Assembly (NCBI GenBank): GCA_030704615.1
Contig: CM060734.1
Coordinates: 10,292,001-10,356,000 of the forward strand
Source: Takakia lepidozioides
Taxonomy: Eukaryota > Plantae > Bryophyta
Reading direction: 5' to 3'
Length of the DNA: 64,000 bases
In this document: in pieces, positions 25,001 to 35,594 of the stretch
Position numbering within the stretch: position 1 is the stretch's first letter
Layout of the letters: every line of letters begins with the position of its first letter
Program-made: the position numbers and the translations under genes
Notes under the pieces: generated by a model
Seen by the model: only the letters and a program-made list of their open reading frames with translations
What the model was told of the DNA's origin: nothing
Databases searched by the model: none

Positions 25001-26634
25001 GGACAATGTCACGGTGAAGTATTTTGCCACGCAGCCCAAGTTGTCCCCAAAACAACTTAGGTGGCAAGATACTTTGGCAGTGTTCGACGTGGATATCCAG
25101 TACAAACCGGGACGGGACAATGTGGTGGCCGATGCTTTAAGTAGAAAGCAGCAGCTCTTGTTGGTGTACAAGGGCGAGACGGCGCTCCAAAGGAAGATCC
25201 GGAAGGCTTGCCGGAAGGATGAGCTGGCAAAGTGCGTGATGCAGAACTTGAGAATGGGGGTTAAATCGCAGTTCCACTTGCAAAACGGACTGCTCCGGTA
25301 TAAGCAAAAACGTCTCTATGTGCCAAAGGAGGGATCAGGGATAGTCTCTTGAGAGAATGCCATGATAGCCCGCTTGCGGGCCACGGTGGAGCCAAGCGCA
25401 CTGCGGCACTCTTGAAGAAAGAGTATTTCTGGCCCAAACTGAGGGAGGAGGCAGAGGAGTATGTAAAGACATGCACCACATGCCAACAAAACCGGAGCGA
25501 GTATAAAAAGCAAGCGGGGCTGTTACAACCCTTGCCGATTCCAGAGGGGACTTGGGAAAGCGTCTCGATGGATTTCATGACTGCTATGCCGCTGTCAAAA
25601 GGATTCGATGCAATCATGGTGGTGGTAGATAGGTTCAGTAAAATGGCCCATTTCATCCCCACCAAGGAGACGGCAACTGCGCAGGAGACAGGGCGACTTT
25701 ACTTCGCCCACGTCTTAAAGCATCATGGAGTCCCGAAGGATATTGTCTCGGACCGCGACCCAAAGTTTACGAGTAAATTCTGGAGAGCACTTTGGAAGAA
25801 GATGGGGACGAGGCTGAAGATGAGCACCGCCTTCCGACCTACGACGGACGGCCAAACGGAAAGAGTGAATTCCGTAGTGAAGCAATTCTTGCGGAATTAC
25901 GTGTCGGCAGACCAATCAGACTGGATGGAACACTTAGACGCGGCAGAGTTCTGTTATAATAACACAGAACACTCCGCGACGGGAGTTTCCCCTTTTGTGT
26001 TGGTCTATGGAAAAGCACCTCTGGTGCCGACAAGTTGGGCCGCCCAGGACGTTGAGGAACCGGCAGTAGCGGCGGTACTGGAAGAACGCGAGCGTTTGTT
26101 GAAGCTCGCAAAGTACAACATTGCCAAAGCTAGGAAACGGTATGAAAGGCAGGCGAATCGGAAGCGGAGGGAAGTGAAGTTTGAGGCAGGCACAGAGGTC
26201 TGGTTGAACATCAAGAATTTTCGACTACCTCCGGAAATGAGTCCGAAGTTCGTACCTCCGTATGCGGGTCCCTTTCGCATTCGGAGGGTTATGAATGAGG
26301 ATGTGTATGAATTGGAGCTGCCAGCAAACAGCAAGGTGCACCCAGTATTCCATGTCTCCCTTTTGAAGCCTTACTTCAAAGATGAAGCACGTCCGAATCG
26401 GCAGCAAGTGTTGCGTCCGCCACCTATGCTGTTGGATCATGAAAATGAACCGAGTACGAGGTGGAGGCAATACTTAAGTCGAGGAGGTTCAAGAACCGAG
26501 AAACGGAGTATCTCGTCAAATGGAAGGGCTATCATCTTGTGGAGGCATCTTGGGTGCGTGCCTCAGAAATGGGAAACGCATCCGAGGCAGTTGCAGCGTT
26601 CGAAGGGCGACCTCAAAAGCGGAAGAAGCGTTGA
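22075..26634 (+). CDS. Copy A Gag-Pol polyprotein (gag, Zn knuckle, protease, RT, RNase H, integrase, type I chromodomain); three single-base frameshifts as assembled
   Basis: ORFs 22012-24618, 24603-25352 and 25349-26689 join if one base is restored at ~24600, ~25326 and ~26452, as seen in copy B. RNase [25 protein letters not shown] resembles Galadriel. Chromodomain [18 protein letters not shown]. Confidence 0.92.
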
Positions 26635-27540
26635 TGGGGACATCAACCTTGGAGCGTGGGGGAGGAAATGCATGCTTAGCCCGGTTTAGCTAGCTCAGGA
26701 ATCCGATTGCAAAAACTTGTATTGTACAAAAATTTGTGATAAAGGAAATGGGTTCCAAATATTGTGCGTCCTATTGTGTTTGGAATGGTGATGCATGGTG
26801 TGGTTGGCTGGTGTGTAGAATGCATGCTAGCTTACAAAAGTGGGAGAGGTAAATTGGGTTAATCGTGTGTTTGCGCAGTGCCGAAATCGGGTGACTCCCA
26901 TCCAAGGGGCAAGGAAACTTGCGCCTTATTTGGGAGTTCAAGTGCTAGTGCGCACCTGGCGCGTGCGCGTACTATAACTGCGCTACCGAGGGGGTTGCCT
27001 TGTAGTGCGGGCTAACGCGGAAGCTACGTGCTTCCGTTCACGTACTATAATCGTGTAGCCTCGGGACGAAGTCGTAGTGCGGCTTCGGCGTGTTCCCGTA
27101 CCTCAGGCCAGCATTCCAAGGCGGACCCAATTGTAGTGATTGGGGCGCACGGTTGGTTCAAGGTTATCTTCCTAGTCAAAGAGGGTTCCAGGTGAACCCT
27201 TGCTCAAGGTGATGCCAAAAGCGGCATCATGAGCGATCGCAAGCAATGTTGTTGCAGTAAGGCGATTCGATCCTCGGGGAGGATCGTTCCTTGGCCTTGA
27301 AGTAGGCCAAGAAGAGTGCACTGGGAGGAGCTGGAGAGGCTCCACCCTTGGCCGGGACTTGGAGGAAGTCGGCCGAACTAGCTAGTGGAGAGTGGAGTCA
27401 AGTGTGGGGTTTGGTTCTTTGCCATGGGACGCCATGGTACGGAAACAAACTCCTTGATGTGGGACGCCACAACTTGGATGTTCGTTTCTACAAAATGGAC
27501 AAGTCGATGAGGACATCGACTCCCTGTTGGTAGGGGTGTG

Positions 27541-28261
27541 TGTCGCGGCCCTTTGCCTTGAGGGCAGGGGGTCGGGACACATGAGGGGCTGCCCCTGTGG
27601 TGGGGGCAGCGGCAGCGATAGGTATGGGGGCTGAAGCACCCTTGAGTGCCCAAGGCACTCAAGGAGGCGGAGGCGCTCACTAGGTGGAGCCCCGCACACC
27701 GGGTTGCGGTGGAGGTGGCTCCACAAGGGGTGGTGGTAGCTTAGTGGGACTTAGTGGGGGTGGCATAGGACTCACCATGGGGTGGAGACCTCGAGGTGGG
27801 AGTCGTGGGGAGTCTTGGGACTCATCACGGTCCATTGGGGCCGCGGTGAGTGGGCCAAGACTCACCGCGACTCACCACCGGGAGTCGAGGGTTTTCGTGG
27901 TGGTTCGCCATAAAATGGCATGGCTGGTTATGAACCCCCGCGGACAGCTACAGAAGTATATATAGGGAGTAGTAACCCCGAGAACGGTGCAAGCCCGTTG
28001 GTGACCAAAAACTAGTGAGTAAGCGAGCGAGCCGGAAAGCGACCAAAGAGTGGGGAGCTGTTCCGGACTGCCATCTACCAAAGGGAATTCTCCTAGTCCC
28101 AATAGGTGGAGGGTTTAGAGGGAAGCGGAAGGGGACCGTTATGTCCCGGTGAGCAGCCGAAACTCCAAGTTGGCCCGGCGGCCAGGTTGGGAGTCAGGCG
28201 CGCGCATCAAAGCGAGTAACTATGACTTGAAGGGGAGTTTACCGAATTGAGGTGTGCGACA
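27541..28261 (+). repeat. 3' LTR of copy A
   Basis: Near-identical to 21296-22019. Confidence 0.97.
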
Positions 28262-28901
28262 TCCCCACTCTTTGGTCGCTTTCCGGCTCGCTCGCTTACT
28301 CACTAGTTTTTGGTCACCAACGGGCTTGCACCGTTCTCGGGGTCACTACTCCCCCTTATATATACTTCTGTAGTTGTCCGTGGGGTTTCACAACAGCCAT
28401 GCCATTTTTGGCGAACCACCACGAAACCCTCGACTCCCGGTGGTGAGTCGCGGTGAGTCTTGGCCCACTCACCACGGCCCCTATGGACCGTGATGAGTCC
28501 CAAGCTCCACCACGACTCCCCCACGAGGTCTCCGCCCCCATGGTGAGTCCTATGCCACCCCCACTAAGTCCCGCTACGCTACCACCACCCTTGTGGAGCC
28601 ACCCCCACCGCAACCGGTGTGCGGGGCTCCACCTAGTGAGCGCCTCCGCCTCCTTGAGTGCCTTGGGCACTCAAGGGTGCTTCAGCCCCCCGTACCTATC
28701 GCTGCCGCTACCCCCACCACAGGGGCAGCCCCTCATGTGTCCCGACCCCCCCTGCCCTCAAGGCAAAGGGCCGCGACACATAAGGTGATGGGGGAAGTAT
28801 CATGCACTTTATAAATATGCAACTTGTCCTCAAGTATCCCAATTTGTTGCATTCTGCTGTGATCTCTTGAGATTCAGGTGTTCAATGCCGCAGCGTCCCA
28901 C

Positions 28902-30347
28902 TCCACAAACGATGAAAGTTCTTTGTGTTGTCGCATCTATGTTTTACTTTTGATCAATTTGCTCACTGTAGAATGCATGTTTGACATGGATAGCAACTGT
29001 GAAGACCTGCTACTCACCCCGTGCATCCTCACTAACACACATCTTGATGTGGTGGTTTTTGGGACAGGCACAGGTGAGGGTCGTCACTCGATGTGTATTT
29101 TTTCAGTTTGCAGATGATCAAAGGACTTGGCGATGGTGATGAACGATTGACGCTACATACTGCTTCAGTGGGGCATCTGATACGCTTCGGCCTCTCAACC
29201 TTAATCCTTTTTGGTTTTTATGGGTTGTAACCTGATTATAAGTCAGTATATGATACCAGTCTGAACTTTGGCACCATATTAGTGGGGGTTTCAACCTGAT
29301 TGTAAATCAGTTTTCTGGCACGATACCAGTCTGAGCTTCGGCTGCATTTTGATATGGTGCTGGAGTACCATCTCCAGACCTTATAAGGCTATCCAATGAT
29401 GCTTAAGATAGGCCTTCTTATGCTGATTTAGCACGGTAAGTACCAAGCGGTACTTTTTGAACATTGAGGTCAGAGTTCTAAATTTAAAACAGCCCTGGTT
29501 ACACTGTTTTAACTTAGAGATTACCAAGCAGCTGGCGTGATGGGCTTTTCATATTACATAACACCTGTTTTAAGGTTGCCAAGCGATGCCATTGGAACCA
29601 TCCTTTGAATTTGAGACAGGTTCAGTTTTACTATGTTAACTTGGAAAGTACCAAGCTGTACTTGACTTGGAAGAATACCAAGCGGTGGTCTTGTTGGGCT
29701 TTTTCAAAATACATAGGGGCTGGTTTAACTTATCAAACTAGCCTTTTGGAATACCCTTTGAGCTGGTGTTGTCTGATTATGCTCATTGTAGCATTCCACT
29801 CTGATTGAGTTTTGGAGAGAGGATTGGAAAACCAGATCCAGACCTTTGTGCATTCGTGGAACATGGACATAGCATGCTGGCTGGTCTACATTACCAGGCC
29901 GGGCTCTTGGAATTGCAACACCTGCAACTCATTCTTAAAGGCTCAAGTGTTTATGCTGATCTGGTTGTACCAAAGGTGGTGTTTGTCCCGATTTTTTATA
30001 AGAAAAACAAGACTCCTTCAATGATGAATGACATCTGAATCTAGGGTGATGGTTGTCTTGGAAATCCCACCCTCCCACCCTAATTTTTCATGTGTTTTCA
30101 GGAAGATGACATGAGTTTTTATCAGGTAAGATACTGCCTATGGAAGGTGAAGTTATATAGTGCCTTGTTATGAGGCTGATTTGTCGTATTCCACAAACGA
30201 TGAAAGTTCTTTGTGGTGTCGCATCTATGTTTTACTTTTGATCAATTTGCTCATTGTAGAATGCATGTTGGACATGGATAGTAACTGTGAAGACCTGCTA
30301 CTCACCTCGTGCATCCTCACTAACACACATCTTGATGTGGTGGTTTT
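28902..30347. repeat. Pair of ~158-bp direct repeats (28902-29059 and 30190-30347)
   Basis: TCCACAAACGATGAAAG...CTTGATGTGGTGGTTTT occurs twice with few mismatches. Confidence 0.9.
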
Positions 30348-30351
30348 GTCG

Positions 30352-30922
30352 GACAGCTTTTACTCACCCATCCCTTCGCTATTCGAGGTGGAAACTCCAA
30401 GATAGAAGAGTTGGATATCTCTAAGCACTCAGCCCGCTCAGAACAATCAGTCATGACACTAGTGAATCATGGTTGTGCTTCCTATTTGTATTCATTCTTG
30501 CCTTCATGTTATCAATTTACCCTTTCGTGTATACTGAAGCATCAGATTGCTTCAGTATCTACTAAGTTCCAGTTAATCATGCATTCATTCCACAGCTTCA
30601 CTCATGTCTCTCTACACAGTGTGATTGTATCGAATAAGTATCAGATTATGATTTATCAGGTATCAGGCCAATGCCATGGTGACTCTAATCTGCCCTACAG
30701 TATCACTACAGCTTTGCATGTACAAGCATCTACTGTTCATCTCTCCTCCTTCTCCATGCTCTCGTTCTTGTTCTCCGCCTGATCTCCTCTCATGCATGAC
30801 CAAGAACCACTCCCCGTGAAGTGCCCCCTTCCTGTTGCCGCTCTCCTTAATCTACCCCCAAGCTGTTCTAACCACCCAACTAACTAACCGTCACCCTGAA
30901 GTAACACGTTCCCCTTGCAGAT
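30352..30922 (-). repeat. Diverged inverted paralog of 41714-42230 (leader and first codons of the ParB-like gene)
   Basis: The reverse complement encodes MTDCSERAECLEISNSSILEFPPRIAKGWVSKS, matching the start of ORF 42128; upstream sequence is also homologous. Confidence 0.9.
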
Positions 30923-30971
30923 GTCGTTCCCACACAGTCGTTCCCTGTCAATGATAATTGTTCCCCATGTA

Positions 30972-31200
30972 CTGTGACAGGTTGTGTCAAGCTGTGCCGA
31001 GCTGTGACTGGCTGTGTCGGGCTGTGACTGGCTGTGACGGGCTGTGTCGGGCTGTGTCGGGCTGTGCAAAGCGGCTGTGACTGGCTATGACGGGCTGTGT
31101 GAAGCTGTGCGAAACTGTGGCGGGCTGTGACTGGCTGTGTGAAGCTGTGTGGAGCTGTGTCGGGCTGTGTACAGCTGTGCAAAGCTGTGGCGGGCTGTGT
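30972..31200. repeat. 10-bp minisatellite (GGCTGTGWCG-like), ~22 copies
   Basis: GCTGTG recurs with a ~10-bp period. Confidence 0.95.
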
Positions 31201-34200
31201 AACCCCCCTAAAGCCTGCTACTGCCACCCCTAAGGCTCCTGTTGGTCTCAGTCTGCGCAAAAATTAAGGGTACCCCACAGAACCCGTAAAAGTGTCTAAG
31301 TCCTAAGCAGCCCTCTAATATTACCCCTCTCCCTCTCAAAAAGCCGTGTCCTCACGGTTTACTGTTTGGGATTAGCAAACCTTTGTGAGCGAGCACCCTT
31401 CTGACGGTGAGAGTCTCGTGAAGAACTCTGTGTGCGAGCCCGAGTCCTGTCACTGGCGGATGGAGATGATTGAGCACTACCTGGAAATGTTTGACCCTCC
31501 TTTGGCTGTTAACGAGGTAACCTCTCAGGCATAGGAGATCCCCGTCGCTCTGCCATCTGAAGTGCATAGTCCTCTGCCATGTCAAAAGAGTCCGCGGAAG
31601 AAACAGTAGTATCAGAATCCTCGTCCCCCCTTAGGTGTTTTAACGGCCGAACTTTAAGTGGAATCCTGTGTGGCATACAATGTGGTCCCACCATGTCTGG
31701 AAGTTTAAACTGTACAACTTGTTGTAAGCGTTTGCAAGCAAAATTAGTGAACGTCCTGAACTCCTTATCTGTATAGGTAAGAGGTGTGTCAATGACTTTG
31801 GAACAGTGTAAGTATTTCCAGGCTTAATGTCCCTTAAAGAAAATATCCTCAGGGCCAAATTTCTGTGTTGTCAAGCACCAACTTCATTCACAAATGGAAA
31901 ATGGCTCCAAGGCCTACAAAGCTAGGACTCATACCTTTCTCAAACACTTTCCTAAACTAGGGAGCTTCAAGCTCCACTCCCTAGGACCTAGGCCTCCTCA
32001 AGCAAAACTAACAAAGCAACTATGCAACAAGCAAGAGGAAACTAAACAAATGAACTAGGTGAAGAACAAGGAGGGTCTTGCTCTTCTTTTATACCGTTTT
32101 TGGGCCTAAAAAACTAATGAGAAATAACATTAAACTATAATAACCTTGAAGGGTTTATAGTTTAGAATCCATAGATTGAAATAAACTAATATTTTGGATG
32201 GAAAACCTTAGAGGCAAATGATATATGCCATTTCATCCATCCTTTGGATAGCTAGTTGGCGCTAGCTGTCATTTTTCATCCATCCAGCCTCCATGGCGAA
32301 TTTGTCATTTTCATCCCATGGATGAAGTAGAAAATCAAATAATCGGCTTCCGTCAGTGCCGTTGGCTTGATAATTTGATGCCGTCACTAATCTCTTCTAT
32401 AAATCACCAAACTTGGTGAAAAATTATAATTAGACATCCCATAGATGCTCACAAATTCTCAGGGTGATCGGGGATGAAAGGATATTTCAATCGTCGGTTT
32501 TCGCAAATTTGCCATAAAGGAAGTTGCTCCTTCCTGGAAAATAAATTACCGATGGTGCCCCAGGGGGTCTTTAGCCCTGCCACTGGGTCACAGATCTTTT
32601 GGAGTCCTCTCCTACTAGCTTTGAATTGCTGGGGAGTCCAAACTTCACCGTGAGGCTACTAACCCGCCGTTTGCTCCGATGCAGCATTTTGCTTTGTTGC
32701 GATATCTCATTGTTGTACAAGTTTGTTTCTTCCAATTGCCAAACCTCCTCGCTGTGTGTTTCTACTAGATTTGAAAGACGGGAGAACAGAGAGATCGCAA
32801 TCATGTATTCAAACAGCCGCCCTGTATGTCCGAACATGTTCACCTTGCCGTTACCAGTATCAATTTGGCAGCCTATTCTACTGTCGATGCAGCTTCATAT
32901 GGTCATCTTGACGCCAGAGCTCCTCCCATGGTTGTCGCAGACTCTATCTAAGTTCTTAAGTGCTGTAGTAATGATTCCCAATTAACTAACAAACTGTCAC
33001 GTTTTGGCAGTACAATCCCCAAACTGCCTGTCTTAAGATCAAAAACGATCTGAAAATGAAAATGTACCAATATATGTATCTACATATATTGGTGACCAAT
33101 GGGGAACACTCGACCCGAGTGTAAGAGAATCCAGAATCTTTGGTTCATACAATCTTCCTACTAGGGTATCCCTGATATCCCTTGGAGTCAACGACTCACT
33201 TAAAAGATGAAGAATAATTTCCTTTGGGCTCTTCCTCTTCGGAGAGAGTTCAAGTCTCCCGGGAATGAGGAGGGCAAATAAAAGCAAAAGACTGAGGCAA
33301 GCCCTCACCAAGTTGTCCTCGTATGTTGATTCACTGGTGCTATTTAACATCAGTTATGTACACTTTCAAAGCCACCCGACTCGCCCTCTTTGGAGAGAGT
33401 TGGAGTTCCCAGATAAAAAATACTTCAAAACCGCCATTTTCCCCACCGGACTGGGTTTGAATCCCCTAGATAATGAAAGAAGATATGCGCGGTGCCATTT
33501 TGATGATCCTAATCTAAAATAGTCTTGGAAGGACTTGGGTTCTACGCTACTTGGTCATGGCTTACAGGGACCTCTCATGGATTTGCAAAGTTCTTGCGAA
33601 AGACTCGATGTGAAACTAAGACCTCGACTCGAATCCAGAAGGGCCAAATGCTCTTGAATAGGATGCTTCTGGGGGTTCTAATCACTACCTCCCGTAACAA
33701 CAGAAAAGATTGGATACCCGAGGACCCTCCTCATGAAACAGGCGGACCATTTCTATCCTAAGATTCTAACTACTTTCATGGCTCGCAGGGACCTTTCATG
33801 GATTTCGCAGAGCTCATGGTGAGATTCTTGACTTTGGAAACGATTGGATACCTTCTGCACCTCAGAGGACCATACTCTGGACTAACTCACCATTCATACC
33901 TATCTACTGAAAAGAGGTCACAGGCCCTTCTGGGTTTTCCTATGCCTGACATCCTCCACTCATGTGAGGGAAGCAGCAACCGCTTCTCTACAAGCTCTCC
34001 TTTTTACCCCTCACTGCCTTGCTAACTTTTCTCTCCCTGGGAGAACACTGCAGCGGGGTGGAGAAGACAAAACACAGGTCGCACCATTCTACTGGTCCAT
34101 GCCTGACAGAGATGCGCCACTTGCTCGCCACTTGGTCGTCATCTCGAAAAGGTTTGAAGGGTTAGAATCCCCGTGCGGGAAGTCGCAGTGCTCCATGTAG

Positions 34201-35594
34201 GGAGCATCGGTATACTGCAGAATATTCCACCAGGCTTACCATAGTGGTCCTGGTCATTGTTTCTTCTTGGTTGGGTTTGCACCTGATGCACCCTCACCTG
34301 TCTTGGTTCCCTTGTTGCTGTCTTTCTGTTGTAATAACAATTCTCAGTAGAATGGTTATCCATTTTACAGATTGTACAGTGTTTCTCCTTCATGTGGCAT
34401 TCAGCCGTGGTATGGCCTTCATTTTGGCACTTTGCACACAACAACCCTTCCCTCCATGTGTTGCAGCCTCTATGGCATACTTTTTTCAAGATTTCTTCCA
34501 ATCTTTTTTTATAGTTGTCCCTCTTCAACTTTTCCTTCTTCTTGCTCTTCTTCCTCATCTGACTCATCCTCAGAGTCATCATCATCCTTTTTATCCTTCC
34601 TGAGCAATTTCCTTTGCTCAATTCTGTTGGCTGTTTCAAATGCCTCCTCCACTGTATTATGGGGTAACATATCCACTTTCTATTTTAACTCAGGTCTCAG
34701 TCCACTTACAAACCAAGTCTTTTGTAAACCTCCTGGTGGCACATCAGGCAACTTCTTGACCATTAACTCCATCTTCTCTAGATATTCTTCAACTGTTTCA
34801 TGCTTCTTTTGTCTCAACTGTTGTAGACTACCGTACACTTCATCCTCAGTTTTGCTTGTCCTGAACCTGTTTCGGAATGTTGTACTAAGGCCATTCAGGT
34901 TTTAAATGATTATCAGGAAACCTTGCATACCACTCACTTGCTTTCTTGATAAGTGAACAAGAAAACAATCTCAGTTTGGCATCATCACCATTCTCATTGT
35001 TCACTATATACATGTGCTCAAATTGGTTGATGTGTACATCCGGATCCTCTTTTCCTGCATATATTGGAAAAGGTGGTTTTGCCCGTGTTGGAGGTACTGC
35101 CATCTGTGGCCCTACTCCCTGCCCTGTGGCAGGTGCTAGTCTTCCTGTAGGTGCTGGTCCCTGAGGACCTGTTGTGGTTGTGGTTGAACTCCCACCAGGT
35201 GTTGGCCCCTGAGCACTTCCTGCTACTGCCCCCCCTGTATTTGCAGTACCCCCAGCTCCAGTTGCACTACTTCCCATACTCCCTGTCCCCCCAGAGCCGG
35301 ATCCAAGCTGCCCGCCTGATCTCCCTGAGCCGACACCTGTGTTGGCTTGTGATCCAAGTGCTCCACTTGATCCAGGTCCAACAGGTTGGAATATCCTGGT
35401 TGTAGTCTCAACCGCAATTGTTGCATCTACGTCTTCATACTCTTCGTCTTCCAAGTTTTTCTCTCTGTTTTCATCTTCCAAGTTCTTATCAGCTTGGATT
35501 TCTTCTTCCTCACTCATGTAACTCAATTGAGTGGTGTTGGAGAGTCTGAACTCTCCGTTGGCTCTACCTCATCTTCCTCTCCTTCCTTGGCTTG
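31198..35594 (-). mobile_element. Degenerate LTR retroelement D with gag and accessory ORFs but no recognisable pol; 5' part lost at copy C
   Basis: Gag (PPFPIYAGKEDPDVHINQFE..ASEWY; knuckles CAKCQNEGHTTAEC and CTICKMDNHSTENC). PPT GAGAGGGAGAGGGG (31324-31337, minus) precedes a short putative LTR at 31320-31198 ending GGGGTTACA. Confidence 0.65.
34139..35594 (-). pseudogene. Retrotransposon gag with two CCHC zinc knuckles
   Basis: ORFs 34885-35526 and 34139-34639 are linked by frameshifted capsid sequence. Confidence 0.85.

Larger units (their letters stand above)
21296..28261 (+). mobile_element. Chromovirus copy A, full-length and young, inserted in the 5' LTR of copy B
   Basis: LTRs 21296-22019 and 27541-28261 differ by only a few substitutions and homopolymer indels; TSD TCCCC (21291-21295 and 28262-28266); PBS TGGTATCAGAGC 22022-22033; PPT 27529-27540. 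Confidence 0.98.
15309..28778 (-). mobile_element. Chromovirus (Galadriel-like Ty3/gypsy) copy B, host of nested copy A
   Basis: 3' LTR 15309-16039; 5' LTR split into 21082-21295 and 28267-28778; TSD CATAA (15304-15308 and 28779-28783); tRNA-Met PBS 21068-21079; PPT next to 16040. Confidence 0.97.

Noticed and set aside
26940-27520. Group II intron in the 3' UTR (GTGCG start)
   Set aside because: No domain V (AGC/CGC triad hairpin) or AY end could be found.
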